From the NCBI GenBank assembly GCA_964576465.1, contig CAZNXE010000002.1:8114-42612 (forward strand): a stretch of 34,499 nucleotides of DNA. The letters run 5' to 3'. This DNA is from an uncultured Planctomycetaceae bacterium. Lineage in GTDB: Bacteria; Planctomycetota; Planctomycetia; Pirellulales; JAEUIK01. Made by a program: the position numbers and the translations under genes. Shown in pieces: positions 1 through 9,243 of this stretch (position 1 is the stretch's first letter; the number at the start of each line of letters is the position of its first letter). Under the pieces are notes generated by a model. That model did not search any database. It was not told the origin of the DNA and saw only the letters and a program-made list of their open reading frames with translations.

Positions 1-17
1 GATTCAGGGACGACTTC

Positions 18-1217
18 TCAGTCGGAACTCTTGATGAACGCCTCGATACGATCGAAGCCGGCTTTGATGTCGTCCATGGCCGCGGCGAATGACATTCGGG
101 CGTAGCCGTCGGTGCCAAACGCCGATCCCATTACGGTCGCCACGTTCTGCTGTTCGAGCAATTCAAGGCACCAAGATGTGTCGTCGTTGACTTGCTTGCC
201 ATTGTAAGAACGCCCGAGGTGTTCCTTGACGTTGATAAAGGCGTAAAACGCTCCGGCCATCTCAGGGCAACTCAGCCCCGGGATTTCTTCGATCCGCTGC
301 TGAACGAACTCACGTCGCTTGGCGAATTCATCTCGCATGCGATCGACACATTCTTGTGGACCCCTCAAGGCAGCCACCGCAGCATACTGACTGATGCTCG
401 AGGCGTTGGAAGTCTCCTGGCTTTGCAACTTCGACATTGCCTTGGCCAACTCCGGCGAACTAAGGGTCCAGCCGATGCGCCAGCCGGTCATCGCGTATGC
501 CTTGCTCACGCCGTTGACAATCACGGTTCGATCTTGCAGCCCGGGGCGCACGGTGGCGAAACAGGTAAAGCGGTGATCTCCGTAGACGAGTCGTTCGTAA
601 ATCTCGTCGGCAATCGCCAGCAGGTCGTGCTCCAAGACAATGTCGGCCAGCAACCCCAACTCCTCAGCCGAATACATGCTGCCAGTCGGATTTGAAGGAG
701 AACAGATGAGCAGGATTTTTGTCTTGTCGGTTACGGCCGCGCGAAGCTGCTCGGGCAAGAGCTTGAAGTCGTTCGACTGTTCGGTCTGCAAGATCACCGG
801 CACGCCGCCGGCAATGCGTACCAACTCCGCATAGCTCACCCAATAGGGGGCGGGAACAATCACTTCATCGCCCGCGTTCAGCGTGGCCGTGAACACGTTA
901 TGCAACGCATGCTTCGCGCCACAAGAGATCACCACCTGCGCGGGACCGTACTCCAGCCCATGTCGCTGATGGCACTGATCGGCGACCGCTTGTCTCAATT
1001 CTGGGATTCCGGGGGCAGCCGTGTAGTGTGTGTGTCCGGCGCTGATCGCCGCGATGCCCGCGGTGCGGATGTGGTCGGGCGTGTCGAAGTCTGGCTCGCC
1101 CAGGGCGAAGTCGTAGACTTTCTTGCCAGCGGCCTTCAACTCTTTGGCCTTGGCACCCATGGCCATGGTGGCCGATGGTTCTAACGCGGCAACACGGTCT
1201 GAAATGAATGAAGTCAC
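18..1217 (-). CDS. aspC: PLP-dependent class I/II aminotransferase (aspartate aminotransferase-like)
   Basis: Motifs GEPDF, YT..PG..ELR, PYWVSY, SPSNPTG, DEIY and SKAYAMTGWRIG (PLP lysine). Start moved to the GTG at 1217 because GAGGGAG lies just upstream. Confidence 0.9.
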   Translation of the reverse strand: MTSFISDRVAALEPSATMAMGAKAKELKAAGKKVYDFALGEPDFDTPDHIRTAGIAAISAGHTHYTAAPGIPELRQAVADQCHQRHGLEYGPAQVVISCGAKHALHNVFTATLNAGDEVIVPAPYWVSYAELVRIAGGVPVILQTEQSNDFKLLPEQLRAAVTDKTKILLICSPSNPTGSMYSAEELGLLADIVLEHDLLAIADEIYERLVYGDHRFTCFATVRPGLQDRTVIVNGVSKAYAMTGWRIGWTLSSPELAKAMSKLQSQETSNASSISQYAAVAALRGPQECVDRMRDEFAKRREFVQQRIEEIPGLSCPEMAGAFYAFINVKEHLGRSYNGKQVNDDTSWCLELLEQQNVATVMGSAFGTDGYARMSFAAAMDDIKAGFDRIEAFIKSSD

Positions 1218-1448
1218 GGAAATCTCCCTCGAAATCATCGAAGAAACTTAACGCCGCCGGTCCTCCGGCCTTCGCTCCGATCACAAGCATGGAGCACCGC
1301 AGGCCAATCCGCGACACAGAAGCAGACAATCATAAAGTGATGAGGGTTCGCTTCCAAGGACCAGCAGCGCCACGGCAAGCCCCGAGGCCACGAAAAAGTG
1401 TCGTGGCGTCTGCTTCGCTGACATTCGACTCTACCTGAGACAGATCTG

Positions 1449-3050
1449 TCAGCCCGACGATGACTCGCCGGCTTCCTCGTCGCCGGAGTTGAAAGAGGCC
1501 AGCAGCCGGCGGCCTTTGTGGATCCAATACGCCTCGGTTGGGCCAAGCGGGCGGCTTGTGGTTCCAGCCCCATACCACGACATGGTCTCTCCGTCGACAA
1601 CCAAGAACCCCGGCTGCCGCGATCGCGTGGCTCGGTAGACTGGAATGCTTTGACCGAAGAACCGGCCGACCATTGCCAACTCGATGTCGTCGGCGACGAG
1701 TTCTTCGCCCGCCATTTCGAGGGTCTCTCGCTCGGTGTCGGAGAGTTGCGACACCTCGTCTTCAGCCAGTTCAGGGTGTTCGGAATGCCAACCGGCGTAA
1801 ATCGCATAAATGTCCGACGGCGCCAGATCTTGCAAGTCGACGGCCAGGCAGTAGGTCGTCGGGCCGACCAGCCCGATTCCAATGAGGGCTCCTTGGGGAA
1901 ACGGATACTCGTACCGTATCAAGAAGCAATCGCGCGGCTGGTCAAAGCCTGGCCAATATTGGTGACAATGATCGATGACTTCGGTGCTCTGCGGTGCAAG
2001 GCCGATCTGCCGTGGTTCGGCCAGCCAACTTGAAAGCTGGGCCTCGGCGCGGGCCATCGGCGTGCGGAATTCCTCTGGCACGTCGTCGAGTTGGTCGAGT
2101 TCTTCCAGGTAAGCCAGTGCCCTCGTACGCGCCGCCGGATCGGCGGCCAGCTCAACTAAGATATCGATACCGCTTTTCTCTCCTAGTCGAGCTAGCGCCG
2201 TGGCGGCTTCTGCTCGCAGGCGGCGATGTGTTAGCTCCAACACGGTGTTCAGCGCGGGGATCGACGACGCATCGCCGATCGAACCGAACGCATCGCACAA
2301 TGCAACGATGACCGACGCGCTCTCGCCAATCAGACGCTGTAGCTCTTCCTGCGTACTGGCGTACTTGCCCGGCTGTTCCTCGACGAGCCGCAATCGATGA
2401 GCCATCGCCTTCAAGAGGCCCGTCAAGTGTTCCAATCGCGCGGCCGCCGGGTGAACATCGACCATTTGACGATGCCACAGGTGGTTTGCTAGATCGAGGA
2501 CGATGGCCGCCAATACCGGCCGATCCAGCGCGTCGAACAACCTCGGGTACAGCGTGTCGACATCAAGTCGCGTGGCTTGAAATAAAGGTGCACAAACAGC
2601 GTCAAGCTGCCGGGCTTCCACGGGTGGATCGACAACAAGCCTCTCGGCAAGCAGGCCGAGCGAAGTGGAATCGGCGGCTGACGCTAGCAATCGCAAGACC
2701 TGATATCGGGCGGCAGTTTCCGGCCCCAGTCGATCATAAAGTTCTGCTAGAAACTCGATCGTTCGACGCGAAAGCGGCTCGACACTTGGTTCGCTGGACG
2801 GACGAGCCTTGCCGTAGCGATGCCCGAGACTCCCGAACAGGGCCTCAAGCAATTGGGAATCTAGTTCGACATCGTCGCTCATCTCGGGCGCGGGCAACCG
2901 GTTCAAGATCGCATGGATCAGGTCGCGAACTTCTTCGTCCGTCGCGTATTTCCAGAGGTCGACCGTGTCATCGGCTACCTCGGCGACGTTCGCCGGGTCT
3001 CTTTTTTCTCGCACTAAACTGTTCAGAAACCGCTCGATCGATGGGGACAT
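1449..3050 (-). CDS. HEAT/PBS-lyase-repeat-containing hypothetical protein
   Basis: Long ORF with helical repeats (ALCDAFGSIGDASSIPAL, LRAEAATALARLG, RALAYLEEL). ATG at 3050 chosen; the ORF track extends to 3074. Confidence 0.7.
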   Translation of the reverse strand: MSPSIERFLNSLVREKRDPANVAEVADDTVDLWKYATDEEVRDLIHAILNRLPAPEMSDDVELDSQLLEALFGSLGHRYGKARPSSEPSVEPLSRRTIEFLAELYDRLGPETAARYQVLRLLASAADSTSLGLLAERLVVDPPVEARQLDAVCAPLFQATRLDVDTLYPRLFDALDRPVLAAIVLDLANHLWHRQMVDVHPAAARLEHLTGLLKAMAHRLRLVEEQPGKYASTQEELQRLIGESASVIVALCDAFGSIGDASSIPALNTVLELTHRRLRAEAATALARLGEKSGIDILVELAADPAARTRALAYLEELDQLDDVPEEFRTPMARAEAQLSSWLAEPRQIGLAPQSTEVIDHCHQYWPGFDQPRDCFLIRYEYPFPQGALIGIGLVGPTTYCLAVDLQDLAPSDIYAIYAGWHSEHPELAEDEVSQLSDTERETLEMAGEELVADDIELAMVGRFFGQSIPVYRATRSRQPGFLVVDGETMSWYGAGTTSRPLGPTEAYWIHKGRRLLASFNSGDEEAGESSSG

Positions 3051-3499
3051 GACTTGAATTATAACTCCGCGCACGGTGGTCGTCGCCCAAGGTACTCAAC
3101 TCGACGAAGAGGTTGCCATGCGCGATTCGTGGGATGTCGTTGATCCAATGGTAGCGCCTTCAGTGGAGGTCTGCGTGGCTTCGATCGGCGACGGCGACGA
3201 GAGGATATCTGGCACTCAGGAAACTAGGGTAAGAATTCGCCTTGACGTAAGACGAGCGAAGATGCTTCAATGCGCGCACAGGATGCATCCAAGTTGGTTG
3301 TCTCCTACGGTTCTCGGTCGCCTTCACCTAGTCGGTGACAGAGGGAGCATCTGAAAAACAAGGAGTTCGTTAAGCATTAGCGTGGGCCGCGCAAGCTTGA
3401 TCGCGCGGCACCGACATTCGATGGCGTCTGCCCGCGACGGGTACCAGCGGGACTGATCCATCAGCAATAACAGGTACCCAGCTTTCAGGAGCCACGGAA

Positions 3500-3742
3500 A
3501 TGGCAACGAAGAAACAAACGACGAAGAAGAAGACTGCCAAGCGGTCGACCAAGAAGAAAGCCACGAAGAAGAAGGCCGCCAAGCGGTCGACCAAGAAGAA
3601 AGCCACAAAGAAGAAGGCCGCCAAGCGGTCGACCAAGAAGAAGACCACCAAGAAGAAGGCTGCCAAGAAAAAGACCGCCAAACGGTCTACAAAGAAGAAG
3701 GCCGCCAAGAAAAAGACCGCCAAGCGTAAGACGAAGAAGTAG
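3500..3742 (+). CDS. Histone H1-like / Hc2-like Lys-rich basic repeat protein (80 aa)
   Basis: AGGAG RBS at 3487-3491. By hand count 40 Lys + 5 Arg and no acidic residues. Repeating KKKAAKRSTKKKAT units with synonymous codon variation, followed by an intrinsic terminator. Confidence 0.85.
   Translation: MATKKQTTKKKTAKRSTKKKATKKKAAKRSTKKKATKKKAAKRSTKKKTTKKKAAKKKTAKRSTKKKAAKKKTAKRKTKK
3521..3646 (+). repeat. Coding tandem repeat, 42-nt period (about 3 copies plus degenerate units)
   Basis: Units start at 3521, 3563 and 3605 (AC[GA]AAGAAGAAG..GCCAAGCGGTCGACCAAGAAGAA..). Confidence 0.85.
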
Positions 3743-3770
3743 TCGCACGCCTGGCGAGCGATTCTCAACG

Positions 3771-3813
3771 GACCGGTCGCTGGTCGATCTTCAGGACCAG
3801 CGCCGGTCTTTTT
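3771..3813 (+). terminator. Rho-independent terminator after the histone-like gene
   Basis: GACCGG(T)CGCTGGTC pairs with GACCAGCGCCGGTC, followed by TTTTT. Confidence 0.8.
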
Positions 3814-4009
3814 CGTGTACGCTACCATGGGCCCCCGGCTGCCCCCGTTGACGAAACCTCTCGCTGCTGATAGAGTTGCGCCCGGCTGAGTACCCTGCCT
3901 TATGTGTCAGCCTTCCGCTGGCGGCCATGGTCGCAACGCGGTCGTTGGGGGTCTGAGCAGCGACCGTCTTGGCTCGCATTTCAACATTCTTTGCAATTGC
4001 CACGCGTCC

Positions 4010-5290
4010 GTGAATTCATCAAATCGCGAATCCGCTTCCTCACAAGAAGCCGACGAAATCGGTTTCGCCGATCTAGCGCTCTCTGAAATGATGATGGAAT
4101 CGTTGGCCAAGGTCGACTATCTCCAGCCCACTCCCATCCAGAGCGGTCTGATTCCCCTCGCGTTGACGGGCGTCGACGTCATCGGGCAGGCTCAAACGGG
4201 AACCGGGAAGACGGCTGCGTTCGTGATTCCGATTCTGGAACGTATCGAAATCCACCGAGGCCCCTCGAAACCCCAAGCGCTGGTCTTGGTACCCACTCGA
4301 GAGTTGGCCGTGCAGGTACGAGACGAGACCGCCAAGCTCTCCCACGCTCATCGGGCGCGCAGTGTCGCGCTGTATGGTGGCAAGCCAGTGCGAGGGCAGA
4401 GCGACAAACTGCAGCGCGGCACGGAAATCGTCGTTGGTACTCCAGGACGCGTGCTCGACCATATCGGACGCGGAACGCTGGTGCTTGACGAACTGCGAGT
4501 GGTCGTGCTCGACGAGGCCGATCGCATGCTCGATATCGGCTTTCGTCCCGACATCGAACGCATTTTGAAGAAATGTCCAACGAAACGTCAGACGTTGTTG
4601 CTCAGCGCGACTGTGCCGCCTCCGGTCCGAAGGCTAGCCAATCGCTACATGCACAATCCCGAGTCGCTCGATTTTTCGCCGAAGGATATTAGTGTCGATA
4701 CGATCGAGCAGTTCTACTTTACGGTCGACAACGAAAGAAAATTCGATCTACTCGTACGTCTGCTTGAGCGCGAGTCACCGACCCAGGCGATCATTTTTTG
4801 TCGCACGAAACGTGGTACCGACCGGATTCACAACCAGCTCAAGAAGAAGTTCAAGAGTGTCGATTGCATGCATGGCGATCTGAACCAGAGCGTCCGCGAC
4901 CGTACCATGAAGAAATTTCGCGAGGGAGGCGTACGCTATCTCGTGGCGACCGATGTGGTCGGACGCGGCATCGACGTCTCCGGGATTTCGCACATTATCA
5001 ACTTCAATGTGCCAGAGTTTTGCGACGATTACGTCCACCGTGTCGGACGGACCGGACGCATGGGACGCGAGGGTGTCGCCTACACATTCGTCACCCCCGA
5101 TGAGGGCGGTCAACTGACAAGCATCGAAATTCGCATCAACAAACTGTTGAAGCGTGCCCATCTCGAGGGATTCGATCCCGTTCCGATGCGCCCCCAAGCA
5201 GAAGAAGGCGAAAAGCCTCCCGAGGAAGAAAAACCCAAACCCAGCAGCCTCGGCGGACGCCGCACCAGACGACATCGTCGGGCACTTTAG
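4010..5290 (+). CDS. DEAD-box ATP-dependent RNA helicase
   Basis: Q motif (PTPIQ), AQTGTGKT, PTRELA, TPGR, DEAD, SAT, RGID and HRVGRTGR. The start is uncertain (GTG 4010 chosen; ORF track 3902). Confidence 0.95.
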   Translation: MNSSNRESASSQEADEIGFADLALSEMMMESLAKVDYLQPTPIQSGLIPLALTGVDVIGQAQTGTGKTAAFVIPILERIEIHRGPSKPQALVLVPTRELAVQVRDETAKLSHAHRARSVALYGGKPVRGQSDKLQRGTEIVVGTPGRVLDHIGRGTLVLDELRVVVLDEADRMLDIGFRPDIERILKKCPTKRQTLLLSATVPPPVRRLANRYMHNPESLDFSPKDISVDTIEQFYFTVDNERKFDLLVRLLERESPTQAIIFCRTKRGTDRIHNQLKKKFKSVDCMHGDLNQSVRDRTMKKFREGGVRYLVATDVVGRGIDVSGISHIINFNVPEFCDDYVHRVGRTGRMGREGVAYTFVTPDEGGQLTSIEIRINKLLKRAHLEGFDPVPMRPQAEEGEKPPEEEKPKPSSLGGRRTRRHRRAL

Positions 5291-5320
5291 AAGCGGGCTT
5301 TATCTACACGTGGTGCCGTT

Positions 5321-6868
5321 TCATTCCGGCCCATCTTCTTGTCTCGCCGCGATCGCCCGTTGCAACAGGTTGTGCGTGATTTGCTGCACACGCGCGTCGG
5401 GCCCGTGGGGGCGGCTCCAGTGCGACCACGGCAGCGTGTGGCCCGGAGGTGAGCTAAGCCCTTGAGCCCAAAAGATCGTCGAGGCGTTGAAGACGAAGTT
5501 CCCTTTGGGCCCGGGATAGATTGTTGCGGCCCATTGTTGAGGATTCTCACCGCCTTGCCACGCGGTGCCCGCGGCAACAACTTCCAAACCGGGAAGATCG
5601 GCCGGCGCCCCGTGGTATTCCCAACCGATTAGCCCCGGAATCCGCGCGCCCTTTTTCATGCCGGTGCCTGCGAACATCCAATGATTCGGCTTCTCGATCA
5701 CCCAGTCGCCGCCACCATTGACGGGCTCCACGTTGCGGACCCCCATGAGCAGGCCCTCGTCGGGACCATGTTCTGGAAACGGTCCATGTTCGCGTTCGCG
5801 CAGCAGCGCGTAGTCGTTGTCCGCTCCATACGGACCCCCGCGAAAAATGATGCGATTGGGTCGGCCATCGGAACTGGCACGAAAAGGAGTCACCCAGCAG
5901 ACGGAATTGCCGGAGAGAAACAACAGGCTCGTTCCCGCATCTCGCATTTGTTCGACGCTGCGAAACTGTCGAATGTCCCAATACTCATCATGCCCCACGC
6001 TGATAAACGCACGGCATTTCATGCCGCGTTCGGGCGTGAGCAGATCGCAATTGCAACAATAGCTAACATCGTACCCATGCTGTTCGAGCCAATACGAAAG
6101 CGGGAACTCCAGTGGCAGAAACTCCCCCGACCCGAACGTCAGCGGATCGTTCACGACACCCGTGTATTGCGCTTCACGGCCATAAGGTCGATCGAAGCTC
6201 ACATCGGCCCACGGTCCCTGGTTCCCCTTCGGGTGTGTGTAGACCGAGTAGTTGTTAGGCCAGCGGTTGTATGCTTGCCAGGTGTTGTCTGAACACTGAA
6301 ACAAGATATCCGCCGGACGGTCATCGCGAACGACAAAGACCACATAGCTTTGCCAATAGGGGCCCTCATCTTTCGCGGGGAGCGTCGTCAGCCGGCCAAG
6401 ATAAACGCCGCTCAACCAATCCCCGGGGATGCGCAGACTTGTGGCGGGTTCCCAGCGACATTCGTGCAGGTTCTTCTCTCCGCGTGCGGGAACCGGTTGC
6501 GTCTTGCCCTGAAATGGCCCCAGAGTCGTCATCCGCCGAGCGCCTCTCCCGCCGTAATACCCCATCCGGAAGACGTCGATCTCGAATCGCCGAGGTGGAT
6601 CGGTAGAGACCATGATGTCGAGCGACTCTCCTGCCTTCACGCTTTGTTTTGAGCAGTATCCTTCGATCCACGGTGAGCGGAAGCCGTCGGCATCGGCCCG
6701 GACGCGGGTCAATTGCCAATCGGTTGCTCCCGGTAGAAGATTCTCTTCAACGATTCGCTGGGAACGCTGCGCCGTCGGATCCTGCTCGTCCGCGCCAACA
6801 AGTTCTGTCGAAAATGCGAAACACAACAGCCATGCGACTAGCCAAATCCGTGAAACATCTCGGTGCAT
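5321..6868 (-). CDS. Exported N,N-dimethylformamidase beta-subunit-like (DUF6605-type) protein
   Basis: Signal-peptide-like N-terminus (MHRDVSRIWLVAWLLCFAFS). Motifs RMGYYGG, W.SGVYL, NTWQAYN, VSFDRPY and GHDEYW. Confidence 0.75.
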   Translation of the reverse strand: MHRDVSRIWLVAWLLCFAFSTELVGADEQDPTAQRSQRIVEENLLPGATDWQLTRVRADADGFRSPWIEGYCSKQSVKAGESLDIMVSTDPPRRFEIDVFRMGYYGGRGARRMTTLGPFQGKTQPVPARGEKNLHECRWEPATSLRIPGDWLSGVYLGRLTTLPAKDEGPYWQSYVVFVVRDDRPADILFQCSDNTWQAYNRWPNNYSVYTHPKGNQGPWADVSFDRPYGREAQYTGVVNDPLTFGSGEFLPLEFPLSYWLEQHGYDVSYCCNCDLLTPERGMKCRAFISVGHDEYWDIRQFRSVEQMRDAGTSLLFLSGNSVCWVTPFRASSDGRPNRIIFRGGPYGADNDYALLREREHGPFPEHGPDEGLLMGVRNVEPVNGGGDWVIEKPNHWMFAGTGMKKGARIPGLIGWEYHGAPADLPGLEVVAAGTAWQGGENPQQWAATIYPGPKGNFVFNASTIFWAQGLSSPPGHTLPWSHWSRPHGPDARVQQITHNLLQRAIAARQEDGPE

Positions 6869-6943
6869 GGTTACATTCCGCCTGTTCAAGGAAAGGATAC
6901 TTCTGGCTTCAGGGTTCACATTAGTCGACACCACCCGGCGTAT

Positions 6944-7525
6944 CTACGCGGAGACTTCGACAATCATGCATGCGACAGCGAATGTTGCCGCGGCGATTGC
7001 CTCGATCCATCGAGCCACGCGGTGGCCATGTCCCGGAGAGATGGAGTGTGGTTCTTGCTCACGATCAAGGTTCACGATGCTTCGAAGATCGATGACATGC
7101 AACAACAGCGAGACGGCGGAAGACGTGACAATGGCCGCCAACAGATCATCGTAGCCGGCGATCAAAAACCCGGATTGCGGTCCGCGACTCAACCCGAGTG
7201 CCCCGAACAACACAATCAGTCCATAGGCCAAGACACTCAAACGCTCGGGTGCGCCGACGGTCGAGTCGTCCGCGCGGCGAATTGCCCGCGCCTTCAGGCC
7301 TTGTGTAACGGCGACGACGACTAGCTGAGCGACTGCCAACCACGGCAGCAACCATCCCCCCGGAACGGCGCCGGCAAACAGGGTGGTAGCAACCGGCGCG
7401 ATCTCCGTGAGGAGAACGTAGGTGCAACAGGCCAACGCGATCAGTGAACCGCACATCCACCGAATGGCACGCCGTGAGTCAGAACGAATCACGCACTCCG
7501 CCCTTTCAATTTGCGTTGCGGCCAT
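6944..7525 (-). CDS. Hypothetical multi-pass membrane protein
   Basis: About five hydrophobic segments; co-oriented with and close to the downstream gene. Confidence 0.6.
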   Translation of the reverse strand: MAATQIERAECVIRSDSRRAIRWMCGSLIALACCTYVLLTEIAPVATTLFAGAVPGGWLLPWLAVAQLVVVAVTQGLKARAIRRADDSTVGAPERLSVLAYGLIVLFGALGLSRGPQSGFLIAGYDDLLAAIVTSSAVSLLLHVIDLRSIVNLDREQEPHSISPGHGHRVARWIEAIAAATFAVACMIVEVSA

Positions 7526-7708
7526 GTTGCCATGCCTACAGACTTGTTGAAGAATCGAGTCGGCTCCAAGAGGATCTCAAAGCAACTCTTCTCGCGGGCT
7601 GCTAGTCTACACTAGGAAGGGGTGATTGGGAGTTGCACGAGAGAAACGTCGTTGGCGGGTTGCCAGCCCTTGGGCAACGTTCCACGGTTTACGAGAAATG
7701 AGGCAATC

Positions 7709-9109
7709 GTGGTGTCCGGCAAATTGTTATTGCCAGCGCTAGGGATATTCGTCTTGTACGCGCACGTCGCGGCGGCTCAAGGTGTGGATGTTCACAGCGA
7801 CCGCTTGACGCTACCCAAGCAATCATCTCGAACACCTCGGGCAACCCAGCAACATCGCTTGGCCTTTCAACCGCTTGCCCTTCCCAATATCGACGCGAAC
7901 CGGCTTGTTGCCGTGGGGATTCGCCGCATCGCGGGTCGCCACTTGGTGCTCTACACCGACATTGCGATTGACGACGAAGTGCGGAGCCTTCCCGTCGTGT
8001 TCGATCAGGCGTATGACCTGTGGCGCGATTACTTCAAGATCGATCAGCTTCCGCGGCAACCGTGGAAAGTCACTGGTTGTTTGATGCGAAATCGGAAAAC
8101 ATTCGTCGACGCGGGACTGTTGCCAGACGACTTGCCGCGATTTCTACACGGCTACGCACTGGGCAAGGCCCTGTGGCTCGACGAGCAACCGACGCCCTAT
8201 TATCGTCGACACCTGTTATTGCACGAAGGAACGCATGCCTTCGTGAACACGCACCTCGGGGGCGATGGACCACCTTGGTACAATGAAGGGCTTGCCGAAT
8301 TGCTCGCCACGCACCGTTGGCACGACGACCAACTTACATTGGGTTACTTCCCGGCAAATGCCGACGAGGTGCCAATGCTGGGTCGAATTCGGCTCGTGAA
8401 AAAAGCGGTTGCCAACGGCCGCGCCCTGGCTCTCGAAGAAGTCTTGAACTTTGGCAACACGGCACACGTTCGCAACGAGCCCTATGCTTGGTGCTGGGCG
8501 CTTGCCACACTGCTCGACGGTCATCCCCGCTATCAGCGGAAATTCAGAAGTCTGCACGACACCCGAGCCAAGGACGACTTAACCGAGCGATTCCGAGCGA
8601 GTATTGGCGAGGTTAGCTGGTCGTTGCTCACCCAAGAATGGGCCGTGTTCACGCATGACCTTGAACATGGCTACGATATCTCGCGAACGACAATCGATCC
8701 AACGCCCGGCGAGCCGCTCGATGCCGCACAGCCAACTGCCACCGTAAAAGTCTCCGCCAACCGGGGCTGGCAGAACTCAGGCGTGTGGATCGAGGAAGGC
8801 CACACATATCAATTACGCGCCCGTGGTCGTTATCAAGTCGCAAAGACCACGAAACCATGGCTGAGCGAGCCCGGCGGCGTTTCCATTCGCTACTACCACG
8901 GACGTCCGCTCGGCGTGCTGCTGGCCGCCGTTGTTCCTGAAAACGCGACGATGAACACGCCGTCAGGTTTCCTTAATCCGCATGTCGTTGGTCTGGATTC
9001 TGAAATCAAACCGCAACACACCGGCACCCTGTATTTTCGTGTGAACGATTCGGTGGGCGAACTATCCGACAACGTCGGCACGCTTACGGTCGTTGTGTCC
9101 CGCGACTAA
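7709..9109 (+). CDS. Exported gluzincin-like metallopeptidase (DUF1570-like) with a C-terminal beta-sandwich domain
   Basis: Signal-like LLLPALGIFVLYAHVAAA. HEGTH followed by PPWYNEGLAE (HExxH...E). C-terminal V.ANRGWQNSG...LYFRVND...DNVG. GTG 7709 follows GAGG. Confidence 0.7.
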   Translation: MVSGKLLLPALGIFVLYAHVAAAQGVDVHSDRLTLPKQSSRTPRATQQHRLAFQPLALPNIDANRLVAVGIRRIAGRHLVLYTDIAIDDEVRSLPVVFDQAYDLWRDYFKIDQLPRQPWKVTGCLMRNRKTFVDAGLLPDDLPRFLHGYALGKALWLDEQPTPYYRRHLLLHEGTHAFVNTHLGGDGPPWYNEGLAELLATHRWHDDQLTLGYFPANADEVPMLGRIRLVKKAVANGRALALEEVLNFGNTAHVRNEPYAWCWALATLLDGHPRYQRKFRSLHDTRAKDDLTERFRASIGEVSWSLLTQEWAVFTHDLEHGYDISRTTIDPTPGEPLDAAQPTATVKVSANRGWQNSGVWIEEGHTYQLRARGRYQVAKTTKPWLSEPGGVSIRYYHGRPLGVLLAAVVPENATMNTPSGFLNPHVVGLDSEIKPQHTGTLYFRVNDSVGELSDNVGTLTVVVSRD

Positions 9110-9243
9110 TCGCCACACGCTCTCAATGGCGATGCTAGCATCGGAGTCCATCGCCGTATTTACCCAACCGCTGGTTTGTGTCATATTTTGCCCAACACCC
9201 CTTTGGGCAATGCCCATAAGTCGACAAGCAAGGATGCGGGAAG

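Noticed and set aside
3521-3740. Repeats as a possible CRISPR array
   Set aside because: The repeats are tandem, in frame and have no unique spacers; no cas genes are present.
3370-3828. Minus-strand hydrophobic repeat ORF (FFLAAFFFVDRL...) resembling a membrane protein
   Set aside because: It is the antisense shadow of the Lys-codon repeats; the RBS and terminator support the plus-strand gene.
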